Below, one piece after another: positions 12,701 through 24,710 of a stretch of 64,000 bases of DNA. This DNA is from Monocercomonoides exilis PA203 (taxonomy: Eukaryota > Protista > Preaxostyla): NCBI GenBank assembly GCA_001643675.2, contig LSRY02000038.1, forward strand, positions 310,001-374,000. Direction: 5' to 3'. Position 1 is the first letter of the stretch. The number at the start of each line of letters is the position of its first letter. A model generated the notes under the pieces. It saw only the letters and a list, made by a program, of their open reading frames with translations, was not told the DNA's origin and did not search any database. The translations under genes and the position numbers were made by a program.

Positions 12701-14141
12701 TCATCGAGAAAACTTCATTTCTCGTCAGAACAACATATTCTGCAAATCTTTCAACCGCATACATGTCGTTTCCTTCATTTGCTGAGTTGCTGAGAAACAA
12801 GCAATTCTTCATGTTGGCATTCTGAACTTCGCCTTCAAAGGAGCTAAAGTGGAGGGCTCCTCCAAATGTTCCAGCCGTATTCTGCTCAAACAAAGAAAAT
12901 GATATTGTTAATGTGCTGCTCATAAAGTGAAATTTCAATGCCCCAGCAAGTCCATCAATTGCTTTGCATAAATTGATCTTGCAATCTTCCAAAGTGCACT
13001 CGGAAAAACTGCTAATTTCTCCGGCACCGACAGATTTACTTGAGCTGCAGTTAGAAACGGTGCACCCATGCATAACAAACAAGCTGTTCGCTTCAACAGC
13101 AAAAGCCCCGCTCGACAATTGAGCTGAACAGTTCTCGAACTTTGTGAATTCGCATATCCAGTTCCCGGTCGAGCTGTGAAACACAGCCGCAGCTTGTGAG
13201 CTTGCGTGACTGAGCCTGCAGTTAGCGAAGAGGCAATTAGAAGTGCTCAGCGCTGCGGTTCCTGACAGGTAGATTGCGCCTCCGTTCGTCGTTTCCGAAC
13301 TAACCACAGAAAATTGACTGTTGTCAAATACTGAACTTCCATTGTCAAATGATTGCCGTGAATCATACAAAGTTGAGCTACTTAAAAATGAAGAATTAAA
13401 GCAGAAGAAAGCAGATGAGGCCCGGTTCACAATACAACCAGAATACGGATTTTGCACAGAAAGGCATTCAATCGAATTTAATTCTTGCTTTTGTCTTTGG
13501 ATGCAGTAATTGGAAGATAGATAATTATTATTTACGCTTGAATGAGATACATTAACGAACGAGCAACGACTGACCGAAAGAGGCGCATGAATAGCGTCCA
13601 TCAAAAATGGAACATCAAATTGCATAAATGAAGAAAAAGATGAAGAAATAACACTAAAAATAAAATCTGATGACTTTTCCTTTATCTCTGTTGGTGCTGT
13701 AATCATGCTCGCAAAAAAGTTTAAGCGATTAGAATTATCAAACGATATATTACATAAACAACATTTTCTGTCTTCAATATAAAATGGACTTACTGAAATA
13801 ACATCTGGTAAAATCATTGAACAAGATGACATTATTATAGATGAATTTCTTTTAGCAACAATTGCACTCATGCTTTGATCGATACGAAGATTTATTTGAT
13901 TTATTATGAATGATGAATTCTCTGAAATGATTTTTGTAGAAATGCAACTTTTACCGTTCAAAGATAAATTATCACAAAAACGGACATCGTGTAAAAGCTG
14001 GCTCTGAGTTGTTTGCTTGTAATTCGACTTATTTGGCATGAATGGGCGCAATTGATTATTCTCACGTTTTGAGGAATTGTAGAAACTTCTCTCACAAAAA
14101 CAAAACATGATTAAAGTTGATAATAATATAAAGAAGTTCAT
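6723..14141 (-). CDS. Giant type I membrane protein: signal peptide, beta-helix (pectin-lyase/Pmp-like) ectodomain, TM helix, C-terminal kinase-like C-lobe (pseudokinase)
   Basis: 2472-aa intronless ORF with a hydrophobic N-terminus, GGAI/GGGL motifs and four GxD..CG...C modules. TM is WSLVAFIVILVMFVAVTAVLIVFILI. RWMAPEL, LGLILHELTTGEVPL and MWKDVPEERM match kinase subdomains VIII-XI. Confidence 0.85.
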   Translation of the reverse strand: MNFFILLSTLIMFCFCERSFYNSSKRENNQLRPFMPNKSNYKQTTQSQLLHDVRFCDNLSLNGKSCISTKIISENSSFIINQINLRIDQSMSAIVAKRNSSIIMSSCSMILPDVISVSPFYIEDRKCCLCNISFDNSNRLNFFASMITAPTEIKEKSSDFIFSVISSSFSSFMQFDVPFLMDAIHAPLSVSRCSFVNVSHSSVNNNYLSSNYCIQRQKQELNSIECLSVQNPYSGCIVNRASSAFFCFNSSFLSSSTLYDSRQSFDNGSSVFDNSQFSVVSSETTNGGAIYLSGTAALSTSNCLFANCRLSHASSQAAAVFHSSTGNWICEFTKFENCSAQLSSGAFAVEANSLFVMHGCTVSNCSSSKSVGAGEISSFSECTLEDCKINLCKAIDGLAGALKFHFMSSTLTISFSLFEQNTAGTFGGALHFSSFEGEVQNANMKNCLFLSNSANEGNDMYAVERFAEYVVLTRNEVFSMSEEPRSVFAGMSSEDILNKIEDPFAVKADSSPIHVSERGNDWEGCGSEESVTCNCRTLKKGIERSNELGKMFLLLSGTYTTEQIVVLNGSISGSGQNPSQCEVTTDENLHLEELFQIGPATLSLECMTFIRFLNVKTLFLVNDTAGALILNQCVVSVGSGSNWQSFQRPQIYLALGKLYLKSCEFTGFQMEDSFVKIVDAKSEISNTTFLNMKRDAGDGCAVNAKLTAENFLVMQNNTLEQCKVNKTEGKGGGIYLDIAENSINNFSFNLLKFGANEAGYGNDIFVRSNDLCESVTVERFQKFNMENGSVLSLFGEEPSPFFEEPIDLLTHFLVQRKDSSIFVDHLGKDSIGCGDELYPCQSFQRATENLRQSSSGWNREIHIVDEVTMKETCSFSSLNIESMNDSCYAELYFDSNINTGSKGVVISYLDSLGFNRMHMNIPSCFSTSTTSLIGTEGNDNMSLELIKCSFYNQTNESITYPLLLIKSRTLIMDDCSLGAINLETNPFLLYGLLHVELRGFSITSVKLPGSPFFLVNQISAAHSESRGNSDFTPLLDFFNNSLSDVEVEGRSEPGLFSTSPGSSAVAESTVTFPMKINKCQMYYVSSALSEEGGVVLARLTRSGDLFVNDTTVMFCGSNFGGVGRGGFICVECPLENCNVEFCDLELKQNYAQIGSDVFISCKDLSEMLTPANFAFVNGYNSSARVNAFMGCDRAHFQEITNLCVFVSGYTDSTIYVDGENGFDSVACGREDFPCISIDLGLERIPNEGNAMLLLVNDSGLSSESVFDRHLIQPSKNSTLKFVVNGVISYENGVVMKVVTSSFNKFNFSIPETFTQGQTILIETQSKLAQINLNECFFKANFTGALPYVLLSIKDGQANITSCTFEYIKTSKALFEFHLSSKKSIGNLIMEQCMFYFLTQTEDFPAAISANANNEDTVRITNSSFHYCSANSSECGGAMLIQLDDTGEVELLNGSFAYCFASSGNGGGLFLRSISRLDELMPFFISTVDFNGNRALVGCNAFIKCYSVATQISDSQFNLRYMEGYIEENAICATDETKPMRIVDLMHMINVYRSDSIYISSRKGEGVDNTTCGNIIHRCATLNYGLSHLTGSELRYIYIFLECGVTKDVMISNAWVVNCNITSDAYVRLMQELEVPSSSACVMECSGDVNFEFLIFQFQDGFVTSHNDFIVQSNGSLSIKSCIFTCLNGENFNLNFSLVTVLSGPLYLFNVSIKQLNFSFPVFLMKEITKYQLDTLSFDGLNLERSLFCLSPNANLVIGVTNATNIALDRSSLIEITTSSTAKTSQSNNIPSIEIDKAYFMNISRAAVGSCIISVPPSPTRVSVINCSFTNHTTSSQKGQIASFKEECEIIETSFDGSSNEYKFSNNASSEDVCFWNGSLISLVDCIASFQRLTFANAAKGAITISGGNTTFAMVIFRNNNPFIDKYPSARRNVLCENSGILNLVNVSDDDSPGSHPSWWMLNEGCEVSGAIVAEQASLFFIPILSNVSMTMAANVVKLTFKGELLMPCNLSFRVRFSYQSGEQLRDFDFASEDFVSENEVVGRIPQNVISSAGTGVEVSAMLLFKETAVLTPTDAFVVKNRTDVGPGLNETDPSANKTDKKDDPDNKRKSNTEWSLVAFIVILVMFVAVTAVLIVFILIQHKRLVISEMKSKQATVENKQILEKLEKRIEEDKKSHEMREMSEMGLGLLSNMSSQNPLFIDDDLPDLPALEEYAGEEDLPDLPDPPELVIPEEGEGEENEVPNELEDPSKPQLQSAYVISTQKPYQEGKRTDLRSLYSEVHAAQGRFTLGTLSMNVLDGKSIVKSLAELFARMIHEEDRRVAMMARQLSPYTIFLGDEKENNVYVATEEFKEKKMRKELRRWMAPELQKLSKNTFDGDILEQSVVLTLGLILHELTTGEVPLSECDAEEAQEMLRDGVRPLTEGIIGEGLVELMEAMWKDVPEERMTLKEVVKKLNDIAKMTEMEEEEEGLP

Positions 14142-14890
14142 TGTTCGACTTTTTTCTTATATATATTTATTTTTTTTTGAGATAAAACGTTAAACTTGAA
14201 AAAGCAATTATTTAACGTTCATTTTCAAAATGTGAATAAAAACAAAAATGTATTATTTCGAACAAAAATGATTATGATATAAAAAAATCTGAAAAATTAA
14301 CAGAAAACCTTCTTACAAAATACAAAAATCGAATATTCTACTCTAAAATTTGATCCTGTTGAATAATTTATTAATTTCGTTGTTCGATCCAAATACTGTT
14401 GAAGAATAAAAAAATTTGATAAATATTAATAGCAAACAAGATAAATGTTTAAAAAGAAAGAAAGAAAAATAACCCTGAAGAGAGTTTCTAACATGAAAAT
14501 TTTATTTTGAAATATAAGTTCAAATATGAAGTGTAAGGATTATTAATATTCTTTTCATATTATCAAACAAAAATAAGGAAGCAAAATAAAATATAACAAA
14601 ATAAAATAAAGCTTGTGGTTGAATTTAATAAGGCGCTAATAATAACTAACTCCATGGTGATCAATGCTCTTTTGAAATTGAAATTCCTTTTCTTTCATAA
14701 TTTTTTTTCAGATATCTAAATTATCACAACTAAAAAAAAAGCAAAAAAAGAAAAAAAAAAAAAAAATACATCACAAAACCCAATTCACTTCCATTATAAG
14801 CAATAATTTCCAATCCAAAATATTAAAAAACAGATTCCAAAACAAATCATCATCACGTTTCTCTCTCTCTCTCTCTCTTTCTTCTCTTCT

Positions 14891-16531
14891 TTAATGCTTC
14901 GCCGGCTTGTCATATATCGTCTTCAGCACCGAAACTGACTGGATCTCCGGATGCTCCACAACCCCCGTAGCATCCTTTTTGTCCTTCTTCTTCTTCTTCT
15001 TCTTCTCTTCCTCTTCGCTCAATGAACTTGGCAACAGAGGCTGCGCTTGTTTGTTGTATTTCTCTCTCAGATGAGTGATTGAGTCGGCTGGGGCAGAATA
15101 ATCGACATTCAGCTTGCCTTCAAATGAATGGAGTTTGGAATTCGAATTGGAGTTTGGCTCATTCTCTGATGGTGACGATAATTCCCCTTCTCCTTCTTGT
15201 TCTTCTTCTCTTTCTCCTCCTTCTGCTTCATTGGATTTATTTGCTTTTTCCTCTTCTCCTTCTTCTCCTTCTTTTTCTTTTTCTCTGTCTTCTTTTATTT
15301 TGCTTTCAATCATTTCTTCATCTTTCTCTTTATTCTTCTCATTTTCTTCTTCTTTTCTAAGTTCTTCATCACTCATCTTTCCTTCTGTACATTCTTCTTC
15401 TTTTCTTCCTTTTTCTTCTTTTTCTTCATCTTTTTCTTTTTCTTTTTCTTTTTCTTTTTCTTTTTCTTTTTCTTTTTCTTTCTCTGCTTCATCTTCTCTA
15501 TTTGATCCTAATACTTCTGGTGGAATTTCTTCTGATCCACTCGCTTCATTCACTTTCCCTTCTCTTTCTCCTCCTCCTTCTTTTTCTCCTCTTTCTTTCT
15601 CTTTCTCTTTCTCTTTCTCAACAATTCCATTTTCATTCACTCCTCCTCCTTCTTTCTCTCTATTATTCTGCTCTTCCTTCTGTCCAATGGCAAACAATGA
15701 TTGATATTCCCCATTTGTTTCTTTAGCCTTTTCGCCCTCTTTTTCTTGGCTTGCTTCTTCTGTTCCGATCACTTTCTCGAGCAGAAGCTGAAGTTCTGGG
15801 CTTCTGAATAGAAACTGCACCTGAAGACTGCACGTCTTGTGGAGGCTGGCGCGGAGGAGTCCGATTTCTTCTGTGTTTGCAGAAGGGATGAACAGAGTCG
15901 AAGGTTCGTATGCAACATTCGACGAACCACAGGGAACAACAGTAGCTTCAAAATAATCTGAGGATTCAGAAACTGAATCGGAAACTGACTCAATATAAAA
16001 CGATGATGTGAAATTGCGACTTTTCCAATACTTGCAAAAGCAGGCATTAGTAGACTTTGTGTCAGGACCGTATATGGCAGATCGAAATTGTTCCCATGTG
16101 AAAGGTAAATCATTTGATCTCAGATCTGCCTTTCGCGCTAATTCTGCACGGAAACAATCTGAATTCACAGGAACTTAAAATTTAATATTAAAAGTTAATA
16201 TAAATTAAAAAATTTGAAAAATGTTTCTCAAACAGTATGGCAATAACTTCGCCCTGAATTTAATGTCCATTCCTGGAGCAAGTTTGCCAGAGGACTTTTC
16301 AAGCCTGCTTCGCAGAAGATGAATGCATAAATCTGCATCATCATTGAAAGATTTTTGTGGATCAACAATCACAGAAACAGATCTGGAATTCACAGATTTA
16401 ACAATTCCTTTCCATCGAACAACTCTGTTTGCAAATTGATTTTCATATATTTCGTTTTGCTGTTCCACAATTGATTGCGCACAGTGCTTGTAATATAAAT
16501 TCCAATCAACTTCTGCAGAAGGAGAAGTCAT
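14891..16531 (-). CDS. Two-exon gene (intron 16174-16233): possible tandem OB-fold-like domains plus E/K-rich tail
   Basis: A phase-1 GT-AG intron joins the 108-aa and 425-aa ORFs in frame. The segment NQFANRVVRWKGIVKSV...KFRAKL looks beta-barrel-like. Confidence 0.65.
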
Positions 16532-16592
16532 TATCCCAGTAACAAATAAAATATATTAAGGTTTGAAATTGTATTGATGATCCGTCTGTTGC

Positions 16593-19500
16593 ATGAAGAG
16601 CGTGCACGAATCTTCTAATTTCGATACATACAATCATCGAAGTTTGATTGAAGACTCGAAAGCCGCACAGCAATACATTTCAAGGTCCATTGAAAAAATT
16701 AACAGACAGAATGACGAGTTTTTGGCATCATTCCCTGCCTATTCGGAACTTCTCGTTCAATTTAAGCAAAAACGTGATGTATGAAAATATTTTGTTTTGC
16801 CGTGTCATATATTTTATGATTATTATTTTGTGTTTTTTCTTTCTTGAATGTTCGGAAGGAATTCAACGAGATTATTCGATTTTGTGAAATAATTGCACCA
16901 GCGGTTTTGGATAAATTGCAGAGGGATTTAGTATTTATAGCATTTTATTGTTGTCTTAACCTCTGTACTTCTTCTTTTTTGCTTTAGACTTTTCAAGAGA
17001 CTGCTAAAGGACTTATTTCTCTTCAAATTGAGTGTGTTATCAATAGACATGGTTGTGCTTGAAATATACATTTATTAATATAGGAAAATAAAGGCAACTC
17101 AAATTCCAGATGATTTAAGGTACATTCAGAGAAAAAGAAATCCAAAATCACTTTTTTCTTATGTTCAGAAGCCAAAACTGATTCCGCTACTGAGAGAAGT
17201 TGAACTATTTTTAAGCTCTTGCAGAGTAGACTATCGTGCAGCCACTAAAATGCATCAGCGTCTTGTGAATGATCTTCCTTCAATTCACCATTATTTTAGT
17301 GACTTTGGAGATGAATGCGATACTCAAACAATGAAAAAATCTGTAGATGAGGCTGTATGCTTATGAAATTGTCAAAAAATAAAAATAAAAATAAAAAAAA
17401 ATAATTATTATAATTTTTTTTTTTTGAAATAACGCTTTTTATGAGTTATTGGAATATTTTTTCTTTTTGAAACCTTTTTTTTTCTGTTTTTATCTTTTGT
17501 TATTATTTTCACTCATTTCAATTTTTGTGTTTCTTCTTAATATTTGAATCATATTCTTTCCCCTTTTCAATCAAAAAATTTCCTTTTCCCTTATTCAATT
17601 TATTCTATTTTTCTTTTCTATTTCTTCTTCTATTTTTCTTCTCAGAACCAAATCCACCGAAAAGCCATTGATTTATCCATCCGCCTTCAAGCAATGTGCC
17701 TTGCTTCTTTGTCTTCTTCTTCTCAAATAACAACATCTTCTTCTTCTTCTCCATTCTCTTCTTCTTCTTCTTCTTCTTCTTCCTCCTCCTCTTCTTCTTC
17801 CTCTTCCTCTTCTTCTTCCCCCAGAAAACTAATCAACATTCAGAATGAAGCTAATCATAATAATAATAATAACAATGAAGCAACTTTTGCTTGTTCTCCT
17901 TCGTTTTCTTCGTTTTTGATGGCTTCTTCTTCTTCTCCTTCTTTTATTACTCCTTTTTTTAATATGATTGAAACAGAAGGAGAGAGAGAAAGAGAAAGAG
18001 AAAGAGAAAGAAAAGGAGAAAGAGAAAGAGAAAGAGAAAGAAAAGAAGATATAAAAGAAGATATAAAAGAAGGAGAAAAAGAAAAAGAAAAAGAATTTGA
18101 AAAGAAAGAAGATGAAAATAATATTAAAAGTCTATCAAAATCTCTTTCTTTGCTTGTCAAATCGATTTCTTGTTGTTCGCATGTTGTGGAAAGACAAATA
18201 ACTTTGTATGATTATTTCCTATTTTTATAAATTCTTTCTCTCTCTTTTTTTTTCATTTTTTCAATGAAAAATTCAATTTTTTATTGAACTTTGTTTTTTT
18301 TTATTCTTCTTTATGATTTTCTTTCTTGCTTTTTTTGCAAATATCAATTCATTTGTTTTCTCTTTGCCCTTTCCTTTTTCATTTGATTCTTCTTCTTCTT
18401 CTTCTTCTTCTTCTTCTCTTTATTCACAATTTTAATTATTATTTATTTTGTTTTTCATTTTCATTTCTATTTCTTCACTGATATTTCAATACCAAACTAT
18501 TTTTTTTTCGTTTCTTTTCAGACTCCAATCCAACCTCGTCTATCTCCGTGCTTCTATGCCCCCTCTTTCTCGCCTTCTTTCCTCTTCTTCGTCTTCCCTC
18601 TCTAAAATCAAAGAAGCCATAGAACAAGCGCAGGAAAAAGAGTTTCGATTAAAAGGAAATATCGAAAAAATTATGTGTTGGGCCGCGGAAGGAAATTATC
18701 TTTCCGGCGCGTTATTTGTTGTGGGTGCGGAGTTTTGCAGGAGAAAAATGGCAGATGAGGAATTAATATCGGTTTTGATGATGGGAAAGAGGAGGAAGGA
18801 AGAAGAAGAAGATGATGATGATGACGATGAAGAAGAAAATAGAAGAAGAAAAAGTGGTGAAATAAAGGAAAATAAAGAGGAAAAGAGAAGAGAAGAGAAA
18901 GAAGAGAAAGAAGAAAAAATTGTTGTTTCAAATGAAAAATATGAAGAAAGAAAATTAAATGAACAAAATATAGAAGAAAAATTCATATTCGACAAAAAAA
19001 CAATAAATAGGTTTTTGACATTGTTTGTGGATGAATTGAGAGAAAGAGTAAAATTCAACATGGTTTGTTGCATTTGTCACTCAATGAGTAATGTTGATGT
19101 GAAAAATGAGTTTATTTTTGTTATTGTTTTTCTTTTTCTTTTCTTTTTCTTTTCTTTTTCTTTTCTTTTTCTTTTCTTTTTCTTTTCTTTTTCTTTTCTT
19201 TTTCTTTTCTTTTTCTTTTCTTTTTCTTTTCTTTTTCTTTTCTTTTTCTATTTTTCTATTTTTTCAAATCTTTTTTATTTGTTTATTTGTTCATTCTAAT
19301 TTTTTCAATTCCATTAATTTGATTAATTTTAATTTAAAAAATAAATAATATTTTTTTTATTCTTTCTTTTTTCTTCCCCAGAAATATCACTTACCAACTG
19401 CTTATCTTCCTTCTTTCCCTTCTTTTCTCGATTCACTCTTGCCTTCTTTCAACGTATGCTCAACAGAAAAAAAGAAAAATAGATAGAGAGAAATAAATTT

Positions 19501-19611
19501 TGTTTTATTTAATATTATTTATTTTTTTAACAAAAATGGAGATTTTTATTGTTTTAATTAACTTAATTTTATTATAAAGAAAAAGAACAATTTCTTAATT
19601 TTTATTCAAAA

Positions 19612-19677
<66 letters not shown>

Positions 19678-19909
19678 ATTATTATTATTATTAAAAAGTT
19701 ATTTTTGTTAATGAAATATTAATATTTTTTATTTTTTTATCATTTTTTAATTTATTTCTTGTTTTATCAAAAATGATGTTTTCATTTATGTGTTTATTCT
19801 TCTTCTTCTTCTAAATAATTCTGATATTTCTCTATTTATTTATCTTTTTCTTTCTCTCCTTCTCCTCTTTCTCTTTCTCCTCTTTCTCTTTCTCCTCTTT
19901 CTCTTTCTC

Positions 19910-19973
<64 letters not shown>

Positions 19974-20084
19974 CTCTCTTTCAATATTCTATTTCCTTCT
20001 CATAGCATTATCTTCCTTTCTTCTCCGATCCTTCTTTTATTTCACCAAACATTATTGCTGATGCTATTTTATTTTCTCCTTTTC

Positions 20085-20115
<31 letters not shown>

Positions 20116-21004
20116 CTCTTCAAATTCATCATCATCATCTTCTTCTTCTTCCTCTTCTTCTCTTTCTTCTCTTCCATTCTATCATTTTCTCTTCTCTTCC
20201 TCTTCCTCTTCCTCCTCCTCCTCCTCCTCTTCTTCTTCTTCTAATTCTTCCCTTTCTTCTTCTTTTGATATTCTTTTCTTCTTTCGCCTTTCTCTTTCTC
20301 AACATCTTCTTCGAATGAAACATAACATTTCATTTAATTCTTCTTCTTCTTCCTCTAATAATAATAATTGTAATCTTTGTTATAATTTTTCTTCATCTTC
20401 TCTTCCTTCTTCTTCTTCTTCTTCTTCCTCCTCCTCCTCCTCCTCCTCTTTCTCTTCTTCTTCCTCTTTCTCTTCCTCTTCCTCTTCTCCTTCTCTTTCT
20501 TCTTCTCCTTCTTCTCTTAATATAACTTCTTCTCAACATTCTTTTTTCCTTCAAGTTTTGCTTCTTCTCATTCAAAAATGCAATTTTCACAGAATTTTCA
20601 ATGAAAAAAGGGAAAATTCATTAAAATTCAATGAAAATCAGGTTGTTCATTCTTCTTCTTCTCCTTTTCCTTTATTTCCTTCACCTTCTTCTTCAAACAA
20701 TTATCGTAATAATCACAATTCTTCCTCTTCTTCCTCCTCTTCTCCTCCTTCTCCTCCTTCTCCTCCTCTTCCTCTTTCTTCCAATCATTTTTCTTTAATT
20801 TCTCTTCAAAACACTCAAAATTCTTTCAAACAAAACAAAAAAAATGAAATTCTTCCTCCTTTTTATGCTTCTCTTCCGTTTGCTCCTGGTTATTTATCTT
20901 CTTCTCATTCATCATCATCATCATCATCATCATCTTCTTCTTCTTCTTCTTCTTCAAATTGTCAAAATAATGAGAAAATTGAAAATAATTATTCACCTTC
21001 TTCT

Positions 21005-21039
<35 letters not shown>

Positions 21040-24000
21040 TTCTTCTTCTCTTTCTCCTTCTCGTTTTTCTTCTCTTTCTCTTTCTCCTCCTTCTCCTTCT
21101 CCTTTTCTTTATCCTTCTTTTAATAATACTGGTTCTTCTTCTTCTTCTTTTTATAATAATCATAATCATAATTATAATTATAAAGAAAATAAAGACAAAA
21201 GAGTGTTTTCTATGGAAGAAGTGAAGGAGGAAGACGAAAGAGAAGAAGAAAGAGAGGGAAAAGAATTTTCTTCTTCTTCTTCTCTTTCTCCTCCTCCTCC
21301 TCTTTCTTCTTCTCTTCCTTCTCATCCAAAATTAACCAATGAAATTCAATGGAAGCAACAAAATGTGCATAAACATCTTATTTCTTTGGATTCTGCTCCT
21401 CTTCCTCCTCTTCCTCTTCCTTCTCTTCCTTCTTCTTCTCTTCCTCTTCCTTTTAATTCTTCTTCTTCTTTTTCTTTTTCTTCTTCTTCTTCTCTTCCTC
21501 TTCCTTCTCCTCTTCATTTTGATCCTATTCCTCCTCCTTTTAGTCATAATTCTTCTTCTTCTTCTTCTTCTTCTTCTTCCAAAGAAAATGTAATTCAAAT
21601 TGAAAAAGAAGGAAAAGAAAGAGAGAGAGAAGAAAGAAAAGAAGAAGAAAGAGAAGAAAGAGAAAGAGAAAGAGAAAAAGGAAAAGAAGAAAAAGATATT
21701 AAAGAAAGAGAAGAAGAAAAAGATATTAAAGAAAGAGAAGAAGAAAAAGATATTAAAGAAAGAGAAGAAGAAAAAGATATTAAAGAAAGAGAAGAAGAAA
21801 TAAAAGAAGAAGAAGAGATTTCAAATAATTCTTCAATTACAAAAAATGAAAAGAGAAAATCTTCTTTTTCTTTTCCTTTTCAGCTTTTGAAGCTTCCATT
21901 CAACAGATTTGTGAAGGGGAGGAAGGAAGAAGAAGAGAAAGAAGAAGAGAAAGAAGAAGAGAAAGATGAAAATGAAGAAGAAGAAAGAAGAAAAGGAAGA
22001 GAAAGAAAAAGAAAAAACGAAGAAGAAACAATAAATTCTCAAACAATATCTTCTTCTTCTTCTCTTTCTTCTTCTTCTTCTTCTCCTTCCTCTCCATCCT
22101 CTTCTTCTTCTTCTTCTTCTCCTTCTTCATCCAATATATGGCTCATAAACAGCATTCAACCTTCTCCTCTTCCTCCTCATTCTCTCAATGAACATTCTCT
22201 TTCTCCAAGAGGAAGAAAGAGTGAAGAGGGAAAAATATTATTAAATTCTTCTTCTTCCTCTTCTTCTTCTTCATTTCAACCTTCTTTTTCTTCTTCTCAT
22301 TCATTTCCTTCTCCTTCCTCTTCTCCTTCCTCTTCTCCTTCTTCCTCTTCCTCTTCAAATTTCTATTCTTCTTCTTCTTCTTCTCTTTCTTCTCCAACAT
22401 CATCGTCTGACAAACAAAATCCATTCATATTGACTTTAAACAATTCTTCTTCTTCTTCTTCCTCTTCCTCTTCCATTTCATCATCATCATCATCTTCTTC
22501 TTCTTCCTGCTTTTCTTCCTTTTCCTCTCCTTCTTCATCTAATTCTTCTTCTTCTTCCTCTTCCTCTTCTCCTTTCTCTTCTCCTTCTTCTTCTTCCTCT
22601 TCTTCTCCTTCTCATTTTCATCCATCCCAAAACATTCTTGTTCCACATGGCATTTCAACTTTCTCTCAACCCCAATCTCTACCTCCTCCTCCTCTTTCTC
22701 CTTCTTCCTCTTCTCCTTCTTCCTCTTCTTCTTCTTCTCATTTCATTCCTTTTTCTCCTTCTTCTTCCTCTTCTCCTTCTCCTTCCTCTTCTTCTCCTTC
22801 TTCCTCTCCTTCTTCCATTTCTCCACTTTTTATTTCTCCGGCCTCTATTTCTCCGCCCCCTAATAAAGTTTCCAGCAAAATTTCTCCGTTTTCTACCAGA
22901 AAGCGCTCTTTATCGAATATTATTCCGTCTTCCGCCCAAAAGAGGGCAAATGCGGAATTTATGGCTTCTATTCTTAATACCCCTCCTCCTTCTTCTTCTT
23001 CTTCTTCAAATAATTCTTCTTCATTTCCTCTTCCTTCTTCTTCTCCTTCATCTTCTTCTTCCTCCTCTTCCTCTTCCTCTCATAGAAAACGTTCCTCCAC
23101 CTTCGCCAATTCAATCAAAACTCCTCTTTCTTCTTCTTCTTCTTCTTCTCATTCTTCTTCTCTTTCTCCCTCTAATTTCTCAACTTATTCACTCATTTCT
23201 TCTCAAATAGACGCTGCCATTAATGTGTCTCCATTTAAGATAGAAAGAGAAGAAAGAGAAGAAAGAGGAGAAGGAGAAAGAAAAGAAAGAAAGAAAAGAG
23301 AAGAAGAAAGAGAAGAAGGAAAAGGAAAAGGAAAAGAAGAAAAAAGAAGAAAAGAAGATAACGAAAATTTTTCTTTTTCTTCTTCTTCTTCTACAAATAA
23401 TAACAATAACAATAATATTCCTTCATATCAACTTTCTTCTTCTCCCACTCAACTTTCTCATTTATCTCCTTCTCCTTCTCCTTCTTCTTTCTCTTCTTCT
23501 TCATTTCGTCCTTCTTCGTTCATTAGAAAATCTTCTATTTCTTCTTCTTCTTCCCCTCCTCCTCCTTTTCATTCTTCTTCCTCTTCTTCCTCTTCTCTTT
23601 CTCCTTCCTCCTTTTCTTCTCCTCCTTCCCCTCCTTCTCCTTCTGGTTTTGTCATGATTTCTTCTCCAATTGGAAATTCTTCTTCTTCTTCTTCATTTTC
23701 TTCTTCTTCCTCTTCTTCCTCTTCTTCTCCTCTTCATTTCCCTCCTCTTCTTTTCATTAAACCTAAATCTTCTTCTTTCTCTTCTTCTTCTTCCTCTTCC
23801 TCTTCCTCTTCCTCTTCCTCTTCCTCTTCCTCTTCCTCTTCTCCTTCTCCTTCTCCTTCTCCTTCTCCTTCTCCTTCTCATCATGCTTCTCCTTCTTCTT
23901 TCTCTTCTCTCTTTCATTTAGGAAGGTTGTTTTCTTCTCCTTCTTCTTCTCCTTCTTCTTCTCCTTCTTCTTCCTCCTCCTCCTCTTTCTCTTCTTCTTC

Positions 24001-24298
24001 CTCTTTCTCTTCTTCTCCTCCTCCTTCTTCTTTTGTTTCTTCTTCATTTCATACTCATCCTCTTTTGCCTCCTCCTCCTCCTCCTCCTCTTTCTCCTTCT
24101 TCCTCTTCTCATTCTTCTTCTTCTTCCTCCTCTTCTTCAAATAATTCTTCTTCTCCTTCTTCTTCTTTTATTTCTTCTCATTTTCCTTCTTCTTCTTCTT
24201 CTCCTTCTTCTTCTTCTCCTTCTTCTTCTAATAAAACTCATCTAACTCCTTTCTCTTCTCCTTCGAAAGCTCCAATTCCTGTTATTCAATTTACTCTC

Positions 24299-24329
<31 letters not shown>

Positions 24330-24670
24330 CTTCTTCTTCTTCTTCTTCTTCTTCTTCAAATTCCTCTTCTTCTTCTCGTTCTCATTCGTTTTCATCTTCA
24401 TCTCCTTCTTCTTCTTCCTCTCCCTCCTCCTCTTCTTCTTCCCCTTCTTCTTCCCCTTCTTCTTCTTCTTCTTCTTTTCAATCAAAAAATATCCAACATC
24501 ATCGAATATCTTCTTCTCTTTCTCTTCATTCTCTTTCTTCTTCTCCTTCCTCCTCTTCTCTTTCTCCTTCTTCTTCTCCTTCTTCTTCTCTTTCATCTCC
24601 AAGGAGAAAAACTTCCTTTTCTTCTTCTTCTTCTTCTCTTCTTGCTGCTCCTTTCTCTATTGCTGGCAGA

Positions 24671-24710
<40 letters not shown>

